DNA from: Nannocystis bainbridge
GTDB lineage: Bacteria; Myxococcota_A; Polyangia; Nannocystales; Nannocystaceae
Direction: 5' to 3'
Assembly (NCBI RefSeq): GCF_028368995.1
Contig: NZ_JAQNDL010000004.1
Span: 672,001 to 736,000, forward strand
DNA length: 64,000 nucleotides
Shown in pieces: positions 62,316 through 64,000 of the stretch. The translations under genes and the position numbers were made by a program. The notes below the pieces were generated by a model. That model ran no database searches. It was not told the origin of the DNA and saw nothing but the letters and a program-made list of their open reading frames with translations. Positions within the stretch are counted from its first letter, which is position 1; the number at the start of each line of letters is the position of its first letter.

Positions 62316-63404
62316 ATGCGCCGCCTCGCGCTCGCCACGCTCGCCGCTCTCGCCGCCTGCAACAATGGTGAGGGGCCAGGGCCAGGATTCGGCTCGAGCA
62401 TCACGACTGCGCCGCAGGGCACAAGCTCGAGCGGTGACGCGTCGACGTCGACCTCGACGTCGACGTCCACCAGCTCGGCGGAGGACTCGGCCGCGGCGTC
62501 GAACAGCTCCGCCAGCTCGGCGGGCTCTGGCATTCCGGACGGCGGTACGCCGCCGGACGGCGGCGACAAGCCACCGGCAGGCTGCATGGGCAAGGTCGAT
62601 CTCGTGTTCTCGATCAGCTCGCGGTGGACGATGAAGGGCGCGCAGGATTGGCTCAAAGCGAGCTTTCCGGGCTTCGTCGACACGCTCGAGACCGAATTCG
62701 CCGGCTTCGACTATCACATCCTCACACCTCGTCAGTATGGCCCGCCGTGGGGAATCCCGGGCTGTGAAGACTGCGTCGACACCTGCCCGAGCGGGCCGGA
62801 GGACTATCCGTGCGGAGCAGTGCTCGAGCCGTGCGACACGGTGCAGGGCGCGGGGATCACCTTCTCCGCAGGGTGGGACGCGAGCAACAAGCGGTGCGAC
62901 CTGTCGGGCGGACACCGTTACATCGGCGCGGGACAGGCTGATCTGGACGACGCCTTCGCGTGTGTGGCGTCTGTCGGCACGAGCGGTGGCGGGTTGGTTG
63001 CTGAAGCTGCCGTCAGCGCACTAGAGGACGAGATCAACGCGCCGGCCGGCTGCAACGCGGGCTTCCTCCGCGATGACGCGCTCCTCGTGGTCGTCGCCAT
63101 CGATGACACATGGGACGAGAAGAGCGAGGGCACGGCGAAAGACTGGGCCGACGCCCTGGTCGAGGCCAAGGGCGGCGACGCGGACGCGGTGGTGCTGCTC
63201 GTGATCACGAACGACATCGACGATCCGGACGGTCTGTGCGGCTACGAAGGAGTCCCCCCCGGCTATCACAAGCTCCGCACCTGGACGGAGCTGCTTCCCC
63301 ATTCAGTGTTCGGCTCGATCTGCAACGACCAAGGCTACGCCGAGTACTTCGCCGCCGCGGCCGCGAAGATCAAGGCGCAGTGCGACGTGTTCGTGCCGCA
63401 GTGA
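62316..63404 (+). CDS. Myxobacterial lipoprotein with vWA-like domain
   Basis: LAAC lipobox; CMGKVDLVFSI, FACVASVGTSG, CNAGFLRDDALLVVV. Confidence 0.8.
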   Translation: MRRLALATLAALAACNNGEGPGPGFGSSITTAPQGTSSSGDASTSTSTSTSTSSAEDSAAASNSSASSAGSGIPDGGTPPDGGDKPPAGCMGKVDLVFSISSRWTMKGAQDWLKASFPGFVDTLETEFAGFDYHILTPRQYGPPWGIPGCEDCVDTCPSGPEDYPCGAVLEPCDTVQGAGITFSAGWDASNKRCDLSGGHRYIGAGQADLDDAFACVASVGTSGGGLVAEAAVSALEDEINAPAGCNAGFLRDDALLVVVAIDDTWDEKSEGTAKDWADALVEAKGGDADAVVLLVITNDIDDPDGLCGYEGVPPGYHKLRTWTELLPHSVFGSICNDQGYAEYFAAAAAKIKAQCDVFVPQ

Positions 63405-63408
63405 GCGC

Positions 63409-64000
63409 CTACGGGTAGAGGCGCAACGCGAACGCCCGCGGTTGCAGGTCGGCGAATTCGCTCCCCACGATGGACACGTGACCCCAGGGACCGACAGCGA
63501 GTCCCGCGGCGTCATCGGGGCCCTTGCCCGGCCCGTTGCGGACGACCTCCCAGACGTGCCCGCCGAGCGGGCCAGGGATGGCGAAGATCCACGCGTCCAT
63601 GTCGGTGGCCGGCTGCTTGCGCGAGCCGGCGATGATGATCTTGCCCTCGCGGTCCTCGCCGATCGCGTAGCCGATCGCGTCGCTCCCCGGCGTGGGCTCG
63701 ACCCGCACGGGCCCGGGTTCCCCCGCGGCCGAGAACCAGCGTGTGAGCACCTGGCGGATCGTGAACAGGTCGCGCCCCCACCCGGTGATGACAAATCCAC
63801 CTCCCCGCAGCGGCGCGACGGCCATCCCGCCGTCTTCCGCGAGCTGTTCGCCGGGCGACGTCCACTCGCCAAGCGCTTCGCCCGCGAGCGAGTACCGCAG
63901 CACGATCGTCCGCCGATAGATCTTGTTGAAGTCGCCAACGATCTCGCGCTCGCCGACGACGATGACCTCGTCACCGACGATGGCCACGCCGCGGCCGATC
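63409..64000 (-). CDS. Beta-propeller-like protein (5' part outside window)
   Basis: Repeating D.GYAIG.D..G.IIIAG / DDAAGLAVGPWG.VSIVG; ends ALRLYP. Confidence 0.7.
   Translation of the reverse strand, partial: IGRGVAIVGDEVIVVGEREIVGDFNKIYRRTIVLRYSLAGEALGEWTSPGEQLAEDGGMAVAPLRGGGFVITGWGRDLFTIRQVLTRWFSAAGEPGPVRVEPTPGSDAIGYAIGEDREGKIIIAGSRKQPATDMDAWIFAIPGPLGGHVWEVVRNGPGKGPDDAAGLAVGPWGHVSIVGSEFADLQPRAFALRLYP

Overview
High-GC myxobacterial DNA; the gene content (Thr-rich and Cys-rich lipoproteins, DUF4215 and FG-GAP proteins, geosmin synthase) suggests a Nannocystis-like organism, which is an inference. The left two-thirds hold: an RsbW-STAS fusion; divergent rnk/ada; several lipoproteins; an ACP homologue lacking its Ser; an IS66-scarred DUF4215 pseudogene; mscS; two family 2B encapsulins plus geosmin synthase; a three-gene protease/nuclease operon without signal peptides (trypsin-endonuclease I, S8 peptidase, EAD-trypsin); an extended ECF sigma module; and an FAD monooxygenase-TetR pair. 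From about 43.9 kb the window looks like an integrated island. It begins inside an FG-GAP gene at a duplicated ~212-bp att-like sequence and carries gene fragments, kdpFABCDE plus a porin, and an arsM/sigZ-arsR-acr3-arsC cluster. The most unusual signals are (1) the protease-nuclease operon, with a 14-aa motif shared by two of its proteins, as a candidate conflict or defence cascade; (2) six dispersed arrays of GACATGTC-like palindromes phased at exactly 14 bp; (3) tandem att-like repeats that target a conserved FG-GAP motif; (4) a conserved ECF promoter shared by the sigma gene and a divergent amidohydrolase gene. All calls come from reading the sequence; no database searches were run.
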